This document shows, piece by piece, positions 1 through 12,856 of a DNA stretch of 64,000 bases (the stretch's first letter is position 1; each line of letters starts with the position of its first letter). The notes beneath the pieces are model-generated. The model was not told the origin of the DNA. It saw nothing but the letters and a program-made list of their open reading frames with translations, and ran no database searches. Source of the stretch: Octopus sinensis (taxonomy: Eukaryota); contig NC_043005.1 in assembly GCF_006345805.1 (NCBI RefSeq), positions 24,800,001-24,864,000 of the forward strand, read 5' to 3'. The translations under genes were made by a program, and so were the position numbers.

Positions 1-790
1 GCACTAAGTTTTAACATTCTAGCTCACTTCCACTTTTACAGCAGTGCTTGGAAGGAAGGTGTGTAGCGTGTGATCGTCGCATTGACCTTGACAGAGGAAG
101 TTGAGTAGAGAATCTGCATCAAATTTTGCCTAGAGCTTGGCGATACCTGCTCAGAGGCCTACGCATAATTTTCAAAAGGTTTTCATCACTCTCGACACAA
201 CCAAGGAGATCTTGTGCAACTGAAACCCGGGTGTCTTCTCGGTCAGCTGAAAGCAGTTTTGGCATAAACTTGGCAGACATGCGTCTCATACCCAAATCTT
301 CAGTGATAATGGACTGAACTGAACCATAACTAATCTGCACATCTTCTGATAACTCGCGGATGGTGATTCGACGATTTCCCCTCACAGCTGCACGCACATC
401 TGCAATGTTTTTCTCAAGTTCTGCTTGTTGCGGGTCTCCCAGAACATTTATCAGTATCGACAGTTTTTCGGCCATCTTAGAAACGTTTGAACCACACGTA
501 CACTTGTGTCCGACTCATATACTCCTCTCCATACACTTTTTGCAACGTTGCATTAGCCTCTGAGCAGGTATCGCCGTGACAATTTTCTCTGTCATGGTCA
601 ATGCGACGATCACACGCTACATACCTTCCTTGCAAGTACTGCTGTAAACAACAGAAGTGAGCGAGAACGTTAAATCTTTGTGCGCATACACAACAGAGTT
701 AAAGGTCAGTATTTGCCAAGCGGCTTTACTCTGCATGCTTTCGCTTCGTTACTATGGCAACAGTCCGGATACTTATTAATCAGACCTTGT
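1..790 (-). mobile_element. Mariner-type DNA transposon remnant with foldback structure (transposase N-terminal HTH fragment)
   Basis: ORF 119-475(-) reads NRRITIRELSEDVQISYGSVQSIITEDLGMRRMSAKFMPKLL, typical of the mariner HTH/linker. Region 1-165 is an inverted copy of ~545-690. Mariner-like TIR end (CAGTCCGGATACTTATTAATCAGACCTTGT) at ~761-790. Confidence 0.85.
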
Positions 791-943
791 CTGTTAAAAA
801 CGAAAATGTATGGCCGTCACTAGCATGTGAGTATGTACCATACTTTTGATAATTACTTTAGGTGCCTGTGTATTTGCGAGCAGACATTGACGTCTCCTCG
901 GCCCGCCTTCACCTAGCGGGACATCGATGATTTGATAGATCGA

Positions 944-968
944 AAGAGAGAGAGAGGGAGAGAGAGAG

Positions 969-1021
<53 letters not shown>
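944..1021. repeat. (GA)n/(GATA)n compound microsatellite
   Basis: Directly visible. Confidence 0.95.
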
Positions 1022-1145
1022 TGTACTCATTCTCAACTGAGTAGAGATCAGCAATGTGAAACGAAATGCCTTGTTCATGGACACAACGTTCCGCTAGTCC
1101 AGGAATCGAGCCCGCGACCTACTTATTATGAGGCGAGGTCGCGCG

Positions 1146-1194
1146 CACACATACACACACACACGCGCTCTCTCTCTCTCTCTCTCTCTGTATG

Positions 1195-1229
<35 letters not shown>

Positions 1230-1531
1230 CTGTGTGCATTTACATATATATGTATGTGTGTCTGTGTGCATTTACATATATATGTATGTGTGTCTGTGTG
1301 CATATACATATATATGTATGTGTGTCTGTGTGCATATACATATATATGTATGTGTGTCTGTGTGCATATATATATATATATATGTATGTGTGTCTGTGTG
1401 CATATATATATATATATATGTATGTGTGTCTGTGTGCATATACATATATATGTATGTGTGTCTGTGTGCATATACATATGTATGTATGTGTGTCTGTGTG
1501 CATATACATATGTATGTATGTATGTGTGTGC
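1146..1531. repeat. Microsatellite-derived minisatellite (~30-38 bp unit TATATATATGTATGTGTGTCTGTGTGCATATACA)
   Basis: About 10 tandem copies; source of the spurious overlapping ORFs at 1094-1592. Confidence 0.95.
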
Positions 1532-1621
1532 AGCCCGTAATCATCAGGCTGTGGGTTCAATTCCTGGATCAAGCAGTGTGACGTGTCCTTGAGTAAAGCA
1601 CTTTACTTCACATTGCTCCAG

Positions 1622-1622
<1 letters not shown>
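1532..1622 (+). mobile_element. tRNA-derived SINE head fragment
   Basis: B-box-like GGTTCAATTCC followed by GTGTCCTTGAGTAAAGCACTT, as in the related head at 5120-5208. Confidence 0.6.
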
Positions 1623-1652
<30 letters not shown>

Positions 1653-2479
1653 TCCTCCCTTCCTCCTTCCTCTCTCTCTTCTCCCTCCTCTCTCTCTCCC
1701 CATCTCCTTCTTCAATCAGCCGCTAGAATACAGTGATATCGCACTACTTTATCCTTCAAATCCTCCAAGGCACACTGGATATGCAAGTTCATTATATCAT
1801 TAAGACGTGGTGGTCACGGTTGATGTTTTTCGTTATAGGTTTGCTCAGTTAAAGCTAATAAGCAACTAAACAGCAAATACCTGAAAGGTAATCAATACTT
1901 TTAGAAATAGTTTTCTCTTAATGATTAATGTCTGTGTAATGACCTTAAGCTCATAAATCGTGCGCTGATAACCCTCTACTATAACCATATTCTCTAAACT
2001 TGTTTCTGCTGGATCAGGCCGTTGGCAAAAGCCGTGCTGGCGCGTGACAACTGACTCAGCATATCTTTGTTTTTTGTTTGTATTTTTTTTTTCTTGTTTC
2101 TTAAACTTTTCGTAAGCTGAATTGTAGTTTCGCGTACGCGACTCGAGCCCCCAAAATGTGTATATTCCTTTCATACTGATTTAACCAGTCAACCGTAAAT
2201 TTTGTGTTGTTTACCTCAACTGTTCCTCTGGTTATGCTTGACATCATTTTCTCACCCGTATGATGACTCAACAATGGAAACAAAGGAATTCCTGAAGAAA
2301 GAAAGAAAGAAAAAAAGACAAAAAGATAGGAGTTCTGGAATGTTGTAAGAAAATAGACTGAGGATAGATATCAGATCGTGTAGAATTTTAAAAATCGGAC
2401 AGATTTGCCTAATAAAAGCACTTCGACTATGGACCATGTTGCAAATATTTGTCTTTATTTCGTAGGACAACACGTTTAA

Positions 2480-2695
2480 GATATCAGCTCAACGTGTGAA
2501 GTATCTAGGTGGGTACCCGACTTGCTGGAAATAGCAGCCAAATCTCGCTCAAATCATACAAATCCAATTTCTTAGATAAGAGGACACATTGAATTATGTT
2601 AGTCCATTGGATAATTAAGACGTGATGGTCACGGCTGGAATGCTATTCGTTATAGGTTTGCTCGAAGTTGATCTGGAACTAAAGAACAAACACAA
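2480..2695 (+). repeat. Unclassified ~200 bp dispersed repeat (related copies ~1720-1870, 2960-3150, 3190-3400, 9730-10130, 32330-32480, 33340-33530, 61140-61350)
   Basis: Shared degenerate motifs GAAATAGCAG..AAATCTC, GATGGTCACGG(C/T)TGGAA and CCTGGGGCTAAACAAC across copies in both orientations. Confidence 0.6.
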
Positions 2696-2699
2696 TATC

Positions 2700-2940
2700 T
2701 CGATGTTATTATTATTATTATTATTATTATTATCATTATTATTATTATATTATTATTATTATCATTATTATTATTATTATTATTATTATTGTTCAGGTCA
2801 CTGCTTGGAATTGAACTCGGAATCTTGGGGTTAGTAGCCCGCGCTCTTAACCACTACGCTGGGCATATGGCGTAGTGGTAAGAGCGCGGGCTACTAACCC
2901 CAAGATTCCGAGTTCAATTCCAAGCAGCGACCTGAACAAC
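2700..2940. mobile_element. Back-to-back inverted pair of tRNA-like heads of the tRNA-head/hammerhead element
   Basis: 2789-2859 is the reverse complement of 2870-2940 (A-box TGGCGTAGTGG, B-box GAGTTCAATTCC). The left copy continues into (ATT)n...TCGATG, matching 17330-17352. Confidence 0.85.
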
Positions 2941-3665
2941 AACAAAACAAAATATCTATTTTGTTGTTGTTTAGTCTCAGGTCAGCCCTGATCTAAAGCA
3001 TTCTAGCTGTAACTGTCTTGTTTGGTTTTGTACATAAAGGACTACACTATGAATCCTGTGTGCCGTTTTTCTAATCAAGGAATAACTATTTGATAAAGAT
3101 TTGACTGTTATGTCTAACATGTCGATCGACTGTATAGAGGTTCCCTCATTGGCTCGTCCGTTCTGTGTATTGTAATATTGGTGTCATTGTTTAGACCCAG
3201 GTGAATTCTAGTAGACAAACCTATAATCAAAAACGTTCTAGTTATAACCATCTTACCGTTTTATTCAAGCCTTGCGTGTCTGTTATTACGTTATCCATTG
3301 CAGTCTTAAATATCTTTTAAGACAGTAGTATGTGATCTAAAGGAAATTTAACTGCTATTTCTGATAGATCGAGTGTCCATGTAGAGAGAGACTTCTTTGT
3401 TACCGCGTCTGTTATATGATATTACATGACAGTCAATCAGTGTCATTCGACATAGAAGCCACGCTAAGTACGTATTTTCTTTACTATAAATTCATGTACG
3501 TCACCTCACTGTTTAAGTCCTGATTTCATAGTGTTAAACAGGTGAGAGAATCTTCATATTGTCTCTATTTCTAGCTCGGATTTCTAGATTTTTCTGGAAT
3601 CGAATGGTACTTATTACTGTCAGCATCAAGGTGACGTGATTTAATTTTGAGTAAAGATTCTGCAT

Positions 3666-4270
3666 AGGTAATGCAATGCTGGATGGTTTCGCAGTCCAAG
3701 TACGAGATATCAAACGTGTTGCCGTAGTATTTATTTTCTCGTGCTTATATTTCCCCCATACCTCTGCAGCGAGGGTCTATATCTAACGCGCGAGCAAAAA
3801 TAGCCATCTATTTTCTGCAGAGAAACACTACGTCGAATTTTATGGGTAGCTTGACGAACAGATGTCCAGATAGTTATGTACTTGGATAAGCAGACAGATA
3901 GATGGCTATTTTTGCTCGCGTGTTAGATAGATATAGACCCTCGCTGCAGAGGTATGGGGGGAAATATAAGCACGAGAAACGAGATACTTCGGCAACACGT
4001 TTGGGGTCTCGTACTTGGACTTCATCACAAAGGGGCTGTTGTGCGAAACCATCCAGCATTCCATTACCTACCTTGAAGCAGTGTAAAGAAAAAAGAAGAA
4101 AAAAACCAGCTGAGATAGTATGGCCATGTAGCAAGATCCATAGCCTTGCAAAGACCATCCTTCAAGGAACAACGGAGAGGAAAGACGGAGAGAGAGAGGC
4201 GGAAAGAAGAAAATATGAACAGACAAATGAATGGGTAGGAAATCTGGCGCTGCAGATAGATAGAGCTTTG
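3666..4270 (+). mobile_element. RTE-like LINE 3' fragment with inverted duplication
   Basis: Frameshifted ...YGHVAR..SLAKTILQGTTERK...EWVG (RTE C-terminus). 3666-3811 is an inverted copy of ~3898-4070. Confidence 0.7.
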
Positions 4271-4909
4271 CACAGCCCGTCTTGACGCGCCTCTTATGTC
4301 TTCATCAAAAACTGAGGGATCACGGGGAGCGACTTACGCCTTTCTGAATCTCGATGATATTGAATTGTCACTTTTGCTTGTCTCTTTTTAATTGTTTTTT
4401 TTTTTTAATATATAGATTTCAAACACCCCCAGAGGGAGAATTTGTTTTCTAATAATGTCTATGATCAGGTCATCAAGGCTGTTCACTTCACCGTATATAT
4501 GTTGATAGTATGTAAAACGTTCCTCTGAGGCATTTTTTCTCTCAGTTATATAATTGATGTACACATGAACATGGATTGATGGATGGGTAGATGGATACAG
4601 AGGTACATGGACGGATATTTTTGTGGATAAAGTTAACTAGATAAATAGATGGATGGTAAGGTGAATGAATAAATAGTTAGAAGGGTAGATCAGGTGGATG
4701 AATAGATAGAACGATTGAGGGTTGGGTGGGTAGTTTGCTGAATAATAAATGGATTGACGGGTAGAAGAATGGATACGCGGTGAAGTGGTTGGGTAAATAA
4801 ATACAAGATAAGATAGCTTAACATGACAAGCAACCCTCTTTTATAACATAGCATGGCAAGATACCATGTCACTGATTAATATAATAAAAAAAAAAGTAAG
4901 AAAAGAAAA

Positions 4910-5208
4910 TGGCATTCCGTCGGTTAAGACGACGCGGGTAAAGTTGATCTGATCAACGGAACAGCCAGCTCGTGAAATTAACGTGCAGGTGGTTGAGTAC
5001 TCCACAGACACATGTATCTCAGATAGATTCAGCATGACATGGAATGTGACAAGGCTGGCCATTTGAATTACAAGTACAACATTTTTGCCAGCTGAGTGAA
5101 CTGGAACAACTTGAAAGAAGTGTCTTGCTCAAGGACACAATGCGCCACTAGGAATCGAACTCATGACCGTGAACCGAATACCCTGACCACCAAGCCACGT
5201 GCCTCCAC
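4910..5208 (-). mobile_element. tRNA-derived SINE (family B-related tail, different head)
   Basis: Tail shared with 5480-5610; head with B-box GAGTTCGATTCC on the minus strand. Confidence 0.8.
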
Positions 5209-5225
5209 TCTAACTAATAAAGATT

Positions 5226-5610
5226 GTGGAGGCGCAATGGCCCAGTGGTTAGGGCAGCGGACTCGCGGTCATAGGATCGCGGTTTCGATTCCCAGACCGG
5301 GCGTTGTGAGTGTTTATTGAGCGAAAACACCTAAAGCTCCACGAGGCTCCGGCAGGGGATGGTGGTGATCCCTGCTGTACTCTTTCACCACAACGTTCTC
5401 TCACTCTTACTTCCTGTTTCTGTTGTACCTGTATTTCAAAGGGCCGGCCTTGTCACTCTCTGTGTCACGCTGAATATCCCCGAGAACTACGTTAAGGGTA
5501 CACATGTCTGTGGAGTGCTCAGCCACTTACACGTTAATTTCACGAGCAGGCTGTTCCGTTGATTCGGTTCAACCGGAACCCTCGTCGTCGTAACCGACGG
5601 AGTGCTTCCA
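5226..5610 (+). mobile_element. SINE family B (tRNA-Arg-like head), full length
   Basis: A/B boxes (TGGCCCAGTGG, GTTTCGATTCC), anticodon-like TCG and TSD AATAAAGATT on both sides. Near-identical to 44036-44423. Confidence 0.9.
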
Positions 5611-6429
5611 ATAAAGATTATATTTGGAATATTAAGAAACGTAGCTAAATGGGTGCTGTCATAGCTATGTGGTTAAGAAGTTTGCTTTAGCAATACCAGG
5701 TTGCAAGTTCGATTCTACAGAGCAGTATATTAGCCAAGTGTCTTCTGCTTGATCAAAGCTTTCTCAAGTTTATCAAAGCTTTGTGGATTTTGCGGTTGCA
5801 CCTCGTTTCCACTGCTCAATTTTTCTCTATACCTCTGCGGTGAAGGTGCATGTATAAAACACGTGCAAAAAAATATCTATATATCTTTCTGCCTTTCTCT
5901 TTCTGTGTCTCTTTCTGTACCTCTCTGTCGCTCTTTCTTTTCTGTCTCTGTACCTCTCTCTCTCTGTCTCTCCTTTCCTCTCCATTTCTTTCTGTCTCTA
6001 CACGTTTATTCATCGATCTACCTAACTTATATGTCATCCAGCGCAACATGTTTCTTTATGTTCCTAAGCAGATACTTCAGTCTAAATTACCTCACGTCAC
6101 CTCCATGTTCACTGGAATAGGTGATATAAACGTACCAGAAAACTTAGAAATTAAATTATGATAGAAAGCTTACCAGATAGTCAAGATCGTTTCTGTTTTT
6201 ATTTCGTACACTCAAACCACTGCTCAGTTGAACACCAACGTCTGACCTCTCGGTGACTCTGAAGTCCACTCTGATGCCAGCTTTCGAAGAAGGTCTCTGG
6301 TCTGATGATGACTCTCTGGGCACTGACATTATTCCTTTAACTAAGCCATAACCTCCCACCGACCACGAAAATAACATCATCAATTACTACTTTGACAGAG
6401 ACAAGAACCGTTTCCTTGAAATTTAAGCT

Positions 6430-7250
6430 GATTTAGTTTTAGTTCCCCTCCCCCTGCACCTCAGTGCAGTTGGCTTGTACATCGTGCAGCAAAACGTCTC
6501 CAATCATCTCGGTTTAGAGTATAGTCGCTTGGATCTCTTCATGTGATGTTAAGTTGCTTCATATCTTCTTTGAAGGTGAAGCGCCATGTCTTGCGTTTTT
6601 TTTTCCTTTCCTCCATCCCTCTTGTGCTACTTATTGTGTAGCTGTTTTGGCTATTTGTTCTTCTGGCCGTCTGAAAACATCTCCTGCAAGTCTCACTCTT
6701 CTTTCTGCTACAATCTCCTGCATATTGCTCAGATTGACCCTTCTCGGGATTTCGGAGTTTGTAATCCTGTCCCTCTTGGTGATTTTGAACATTCTGCGTA
6801 GACTCCATTGGTGGAATGCATTCAAACTCTGGGTAATCTTGGCAGTCATTTCCCAAGTTTCTTTTGCGTAGACTGCTGTTAGCAGACACTGTTCTGGTAC
6901 AGCAGGGTCTTCATAGGACAGAATCACGCTCAGTGCTCCATTAAATGACAATCAGAGTGGCTAAAGATACAACAAAGGCAAGCCTAAGGATCAGCCCCCC
7001 CCACCCAAAAGACCAAAGTGTTGAAGAGCAGTTGACAAGGGGAGACGCCAATTCTTATGAATCAAGAACCCGTTGGAGACATCACCAACTGCATCTTCCT
7101 GGGCAATATTATTGCTGCAGAGGAGGATACTGAGGCAGACGTCAACTCCAGAATCGGGCGTGCAGCAATGGTGTCCAGAGGAATGAACAAAATCTGGGCC
7201 AACGCTTGGATTAGCAACTGCAAGCAGGTTGCACATCTGTTTATGATGCT
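6430..7250 (-). mobile_element. RTE-clade LINE 3' portion with inverted 5' segment
   Basis: Minus strand ~6890-6430: TAVYAKETW...LNAFHQWSLRRMFKI...RRVRLAGDVFRR...KTWR. Plus strand ~6920-7250: SLRIS..KTKV..FLGNII..DVNSRIGRA..MNKIW. Confidence 0.85.
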
Positions 7251-7498
7251 AACCACTATGAATTTTGTTAAAATGTTGAAATTGATTAAAACAAAAGTAA
7301 TTTCTAGTTATAAAGGTCATGACACCAAATGTGATCGGTAGTTGATTTTGGTATTGTTTTCTGTAGATAGTTGTTTTGTATAATTTAATAAACAAAACTA
7401 ATCAAAATAGTTGTGATGAAATACCCATGTCAACACTGCACGCATGCATGTATCACAGCCAACAGTATGTTAAGGTCAGTTATATACTCTGTCCTCGA

Positions 7499-7900
7499 GG
7501 CGGCGTGCTGGCAGAAACGTTAGCACGCCGGGCGAAATGCGTAGCCGTATTTCGTCTGTCGTTACATTCTGAGTTCAAATTCCGCCGTGGTCGACTTTGC
7601 CTTTAATCCTTTCGGGGTCGATATATAAAGTACCGGTTACGCACTGGGGTGGATATAATCGACTTAATCCGTGTGTCTGTCCTTGTTTGTCCCCTCTGTG
7701 TTTAGCCCCTTGTGGGTAGTAAAGAAATAGGTATTTCGTCGGCCGTTACGTTCTGAGTTCAAATTCTGCCGAGGTCGACTTTGCCTTTCATCCTTTCGTG
7801 GTCGATAAATTAAGTACCAGTTGTGTACTGGGGTCGATCTAATCGACTAGCCCCCTCCTCAAAAATCTCGGATAAAAAGGAATACTCGGGTAGAAAATAA
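7499..7900 (+). mobile_element. SINE family A (dimeric)
   Basis: Head GGCGGCG(A/T)GCTGGCAGAAACGTTAGCACGCCGGGCGAAATGC, B-box GAGTTCAAATTCC and a duplicated body; many copies in the window. Confidence 0.9.
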
Positions 7901-10439
7901 TATTTTCTCTCCTCTCCGTTCTTTCTGTTTCTACCTCTCTATCACTCACTCCTCCCCCACACACATACACTCACTCACACGTACACACACACAGACGCAC
8001 TCATAAATATATGTAAAAAAAAGAAACTGAGTAAACTTCGATGATCTGAGATTATCCAAACAATTATTTGATAACAATCCCTCAAGGATTGTTTAACATC
8101 TAAAAACAACAAAGGCGATAAATCTAAGATAATTTGAAGAAGCATATTACCATCTTGCCGTTCATGGTTAGCAGAATCGCTTGACTTAAGTGGAAGAATG
8201 GTTCAGGAAGAGCTCAGAATAAATATTTAAATGTACAATACTTGTTTGGTATATATAATGATTGTAGTTTCACACGGGAACAAAATTTCTGATCGTTATA
8301 TTCCGTGTATCCAAACTTTTTGCTTATCATATTCTGTGTACATTCTCAACCGCTATTTTCGATCACTATATCTTGTGTATATAAATTCTGTTTGAATTAT
8401 TGCATGTATGTACGTGCGTTCTTAGTCGTTGTCATTATACCATTATATAAACTCTATGTATACGCATTCTACGTATACATTCTCAGTCACCATTATGCAC
8501 CCTATCTATATCCCATTCTCATTTCCTATAAATCGTGTATACAAATTGACCATATACACTGGCGAAGATTAGATTTAAGACCGATGATAAAAGTTATATT
8601 TCTTACAAAATATTTTGTTACTAACAGCATACAAATTATTTCTATCTTTTACACCTTATGCAGAATTTATTTCTCTTTCGAATGATGCAGACAATAACTA
8701 TTTTTATACAACTTGAAGAATTCTAATGCTAAATTAATATAAACGTTTCAAATTTACCGGCAAAATTAGTTTAAGACCGTATCATTATAATTTTATTTAA
8801 AGCTTAAGATTGTAGCAAAAATGAGCCACAAGAACGAAATACATATTAGTACTTTGTGCCGTAGCCTTTATTCTTAATAAAGGCTGAACAACGCCTCGGC
8901 ATTGAATTCGGTAAGTGATTACAAAATTCTATGGGAATGTTTTCATTGCAGTATTGTACAGCGCAAGTTGTCTTCTGGAATACAGTTATGAATGGTTCCC
9001 GCTTTTCCATTGCAGAGTATATTAAAGATCTGTCTGTTTCGTTTCCAAGCTTAGCAATGTAAATGATATTTCCCTTTGAAGTTTCGTAGCTTCATTGCTT
9101 AAAGTTTGGTGGTACAGAAAATAACACAATTAAATTATCTAAAGAAAAGCAATAAGCACATAAATAAACAATGTGGTTATTAGCCACAAAGTTTTTTGTT
9201 TTTTTTCTACTGGAAACATTGCAATATCTAGAAAATATACAATAATCACTCATTCATCATGAACAAGTAATGTCTTTTTTTGATATCTTTATTTTTCTTT
9301 CCAGTTTTGTGTGTGTGTTTGTAAAGGCTAGCTCTTGAAAATAGGAAACTTCTACGTTGAAATTGTGCTTAATAAATGCCAACGCGTTTAACTGCCAATT
9401 GAAATCTACCACTTATTATCTACACAAGAGATTCGCGTATAGACGTACCATGTGACTATTAAAGAGTGTAGTACAGACTTGTGCAGATGTTTGCATGACG
9501 CATGCACTTCTGCACAAACATTGACACATTTTTTGTGCACCTGCATGATGTGTGATATTTCTGTGTTGTCTGGCAAATTAATGAATGAAAATGTTGTTGA
9601 CTAATTATTTTATTGCCAATGAAAAAAAAAATGTTGACTTTCATACTCAAAATCCTTTACTATTCACAAGATCAAAACAATCACTATTTTCTGCATATTT
9701 GCTCACTCGTCACCCAAGAGTCGAAGTCATCCACCCGGGGTCAATATTGCCTAGGTTAGGAAACCCTGCTATAGAGAGAGAGACTCGACCGTTTCTTTGT
9801 CTAACACTAAGTAGATGTCCTATGGTGGTACGGTTCACTGTAGAACATCTACTATGCCTTTCATTTTTAAAGGCGGTCATGTGTTTTGAGAGAGGTTAGA
9901 CTGCTATTTCTAGCAGATTGAGACTACATTAGAGGTTTTCCTTAATGCTGTCAATTAGCCCCAGGCAAGCGTCGAATGAATAAAACCTACGATCAGAGGT
10001 GTTTCTAATCTATTTTAGTTTAGTCTCAGGTCAGCCTTCATTGAAGAAGCTATTGTAGCCGCCACCATCTTGTTTGTTTTTTGTACATAAAAAAACTACA
10101 TTGGGAATTCTGTGTGTCCTGGGAATTCTGTGTGTCCTTCCCTTTCTAATCAAGGAACAAGATTAGAACCATGATTTTTTTTTTTTTTTACAATGAAAAA
10201 CTGATAAATCGTAAAACACTGATATTATTTTCCGATTTTTTTCACCCCAGATTTTTACTCAGGTGTTTATGCAATTGCATCGTTCATGTTTTACACAAAA
10301 GACACTTTTACTTCTCATATCATGTTATGCTGACTCATTGCTCAATCGTTGCAGCAGTGACTAGGATGTATTACATATCGTGACTACAGCGTTGTTTTCG
10401 TAAACAAAAGTATGTTCATGATAAGTAAGATCATGTTTA

Positions 10440-10960
10440 TTATAATAGAATGTCCATTTTGCTGATGTCACAGAGGCGCTGATAACGAGTTCGCTGATAT
10501 CCTTCCTGCTTTGACGCTTGTTGGTTGTGCAACAACTCGAGATTTTACATTTTTAAAATCAATTCCCATCTCCGCATGGCCACACTGAGAATTTCCCTTT
10601 CAAATATAGACTCAACATTAGGCATTTTTTTTTTTTTTTTTTGCATGGTTGGAACGACTGGCTGGAGATGTAATCTCTCCAGGAAATGTTCATTATAGAG
10701 TGTAGCAGGCGCAACTGGCAATTCGCCAGCTTTTTCATGTATCGACGATACAGTATGTGCATATCTCAGCAGAGTACAGCGTAGAGGATATTACCGCTGT
10801 TTGGTCGGTACACCTTGCATTTTGTTGTTTCAACGAGGAAAAATTCGGCTTTCTCGAAAGTGACATCTGAGACTCTATGCAGCAAACCATCTCCACGCCT
10901 CGGCTTTTATAATCAGAAATCGCTGAGATGCACGCACTTCTTCCCCAGCTTCAGTGTTCT
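10440..10960 (-). mobile_element. Decayed RTE-like LINE fragment
   Basis: Frameshifted LYSAE...LYRRYMKKLANCQLRLLHSIMNISWRDYIS, an RTE post-RT motif. Confidence 0.65.
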
Positions 10961-12179
10961 TTACAAGACTGGCCGAGCTGTTAGAATGTCGGATAGAATG
11001 TTCACTTCGCGCACTGAAGTCAAATCTCACCGAGCTCAGCTCTGCCTTTCATCGTACCTGGATAGATAAAGTTCAAATCAAAAGGGGCAATTCTTTTTCC
11101 AACTCTTTTTTACCTATCTAATTCTCTTGAAGAAATCGTCTGTGATCAAGTCAGGTCTGGAAAACCATTGGCCCCGCAAATTTAAAAGGACCAAAGACAC
11201 GCTGTGTGTCATGGCAGTAATGGGCTCCATGGCTTATGAAATGTGTGTATGTGTGTATATGTGTGTGTGATTTCTTTCTTTGATAGTGTTGGCTACAACA
11301 GTCATTAGTGTAAAACACTTTCAAATAATGTTCACGAACCTTCTAAACATTAGACGACCGTATCGCCACATCCACTACTAGTTCCCTCATCACCGTCGCC
11401 ACCATGATGATGACTGCTATTATTATTATCGTCATCATCATCATATTTATCATGATCGTTATCACATCACAAAACATCCGATGTTTTTATAGAAACCTAG
11501 CAATTCTTTCAATTGCTCTCTCTCTCTCACTCCTCCCCCTTTTTCGTTCAAGTAGTAACTCGCGCGCGCACACATTCTCTCTTTTCTCTTGTGATAACGA
11601 AATGAATTTTCTTAAGAAAATTGACATAAAGCTTTTTCTTCTGTTGTTAAGCAATGTAAGTAATTCCATGTGTGGAGTGTTTGTGAGTACAATTAGAGAC
11701 AACAGTGGTAACTGGGCTGGAGTGGAACTAGGGGCACAAGGGGGGCGGGTGGTGGTGGTGGTGGAAGAGCAGCAGGGTCAGGGCGTGGGGAAGAAGAATT
11801 AGTCGCTATATTTTGTGTTTCACTGATGTAGTGGGTGGCTGGAAGCAGGAGGGGGGTGTGATCTTCAATCACAAACATGTTGAGGTAGGCGAGGTCACCA
11901 CCACCACCACCATCATCATCATCGACATGTCCGCCCTTCCACTGTTACCATTATCGCAACCACTACTCCCCATACTGTTATTATCGCCATCGTCAACATC
12001 GTCTTCTATTATGGTCGTTTTATCACCTATGTTCATCATTATGTAGCATCGTCATCATCCTCACTACTTCATCACCATCGTCTTCATCATCATCATCACC
12101 CAAAAGACATTCCCTTTTTACAGAACCCAATGAAGCCACTTTAATATTTATTTAACTTACAAATCTCCACCTCAGTTTA

Positions 12180-12226
12180 CTACTACTACTACTACGACGA
12201 CGACTATTACTACTACTACTACCACT

Positions 12227-12293
<67 letters not shown>

Positions 12294-12300
12294 GCTGCTG
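12180..12300. repeat. (ACT)n microsatellite
   Basis: Directly visible. Confidence 0.95.
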
Positions 12301-12856
12301 CTGTTACAAATACTCTTACCTTGCATAAACACATGGTGGGGTGATGGTGTGTGTGGTGGTGGGAAGCGAGCCTGCAAAAACCACAAGAATTCCAGAGTAT
12401 TTTATTAATTACTTTTTCACATAACCAGGAGTGTGATGCAATAATTAGGACTTTCGTCAGTCCTACGAGAATAAAGAGGTGGGTTGGGGTGCAGCGTTCA
12501 TGGCCTTCGAAGACTCCGTGGCAGTGGACGAAGGGACAATATCCATGACCTTTATTGTTCCCTGCAAGACAGAGGAAGATGTTGAACCTTTGTCTTTGAA
12601 GTTGCAGCTCTCATGACCACCGTGGGACCCTGCAATTCTGGAAGGAGTGGAAGTGTTCATGATAGTTGCAGCCCTCCGTGAATGGTGATCTCCATTCTGT
12701 TTTTGTTCAACTTTGGACCATTGTTTGAAGAAGCTTATTTCATCGAGGTCGTCATTATTGTAGTGGTCTGTCATTATCATCGCCATTGTCATCTTCGTTT
12801 TCGTCATCGCCATGGCCATCACCATTACCATTCTCCTCGTCCTTCTCATTACATAT

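Noticed and set aside
1192-1531. CRISPR-like repeat array
   Set aside because: No unique spacers; this is a microsatellite-derived minisatellite in eukaryotic DNA.
2862-2935. Functional tRNA gene
   Set aside because: A/B boxes are present but the acceptor and T stems do not pair well. The sequence recurs as the head of a repeat family.
6302-6340. CTGATGA hammerhead core (also 33265 -, 36034 +, 50942 +)
   Set aside because: No stem II followed by GAAA, and no stem I partner.
12380-12700. Possible host exon
   Set aside because: In-frame stops; the weak resemblance is to the LINE ORF1 remnant at 63880-64000 and is too weak to call.
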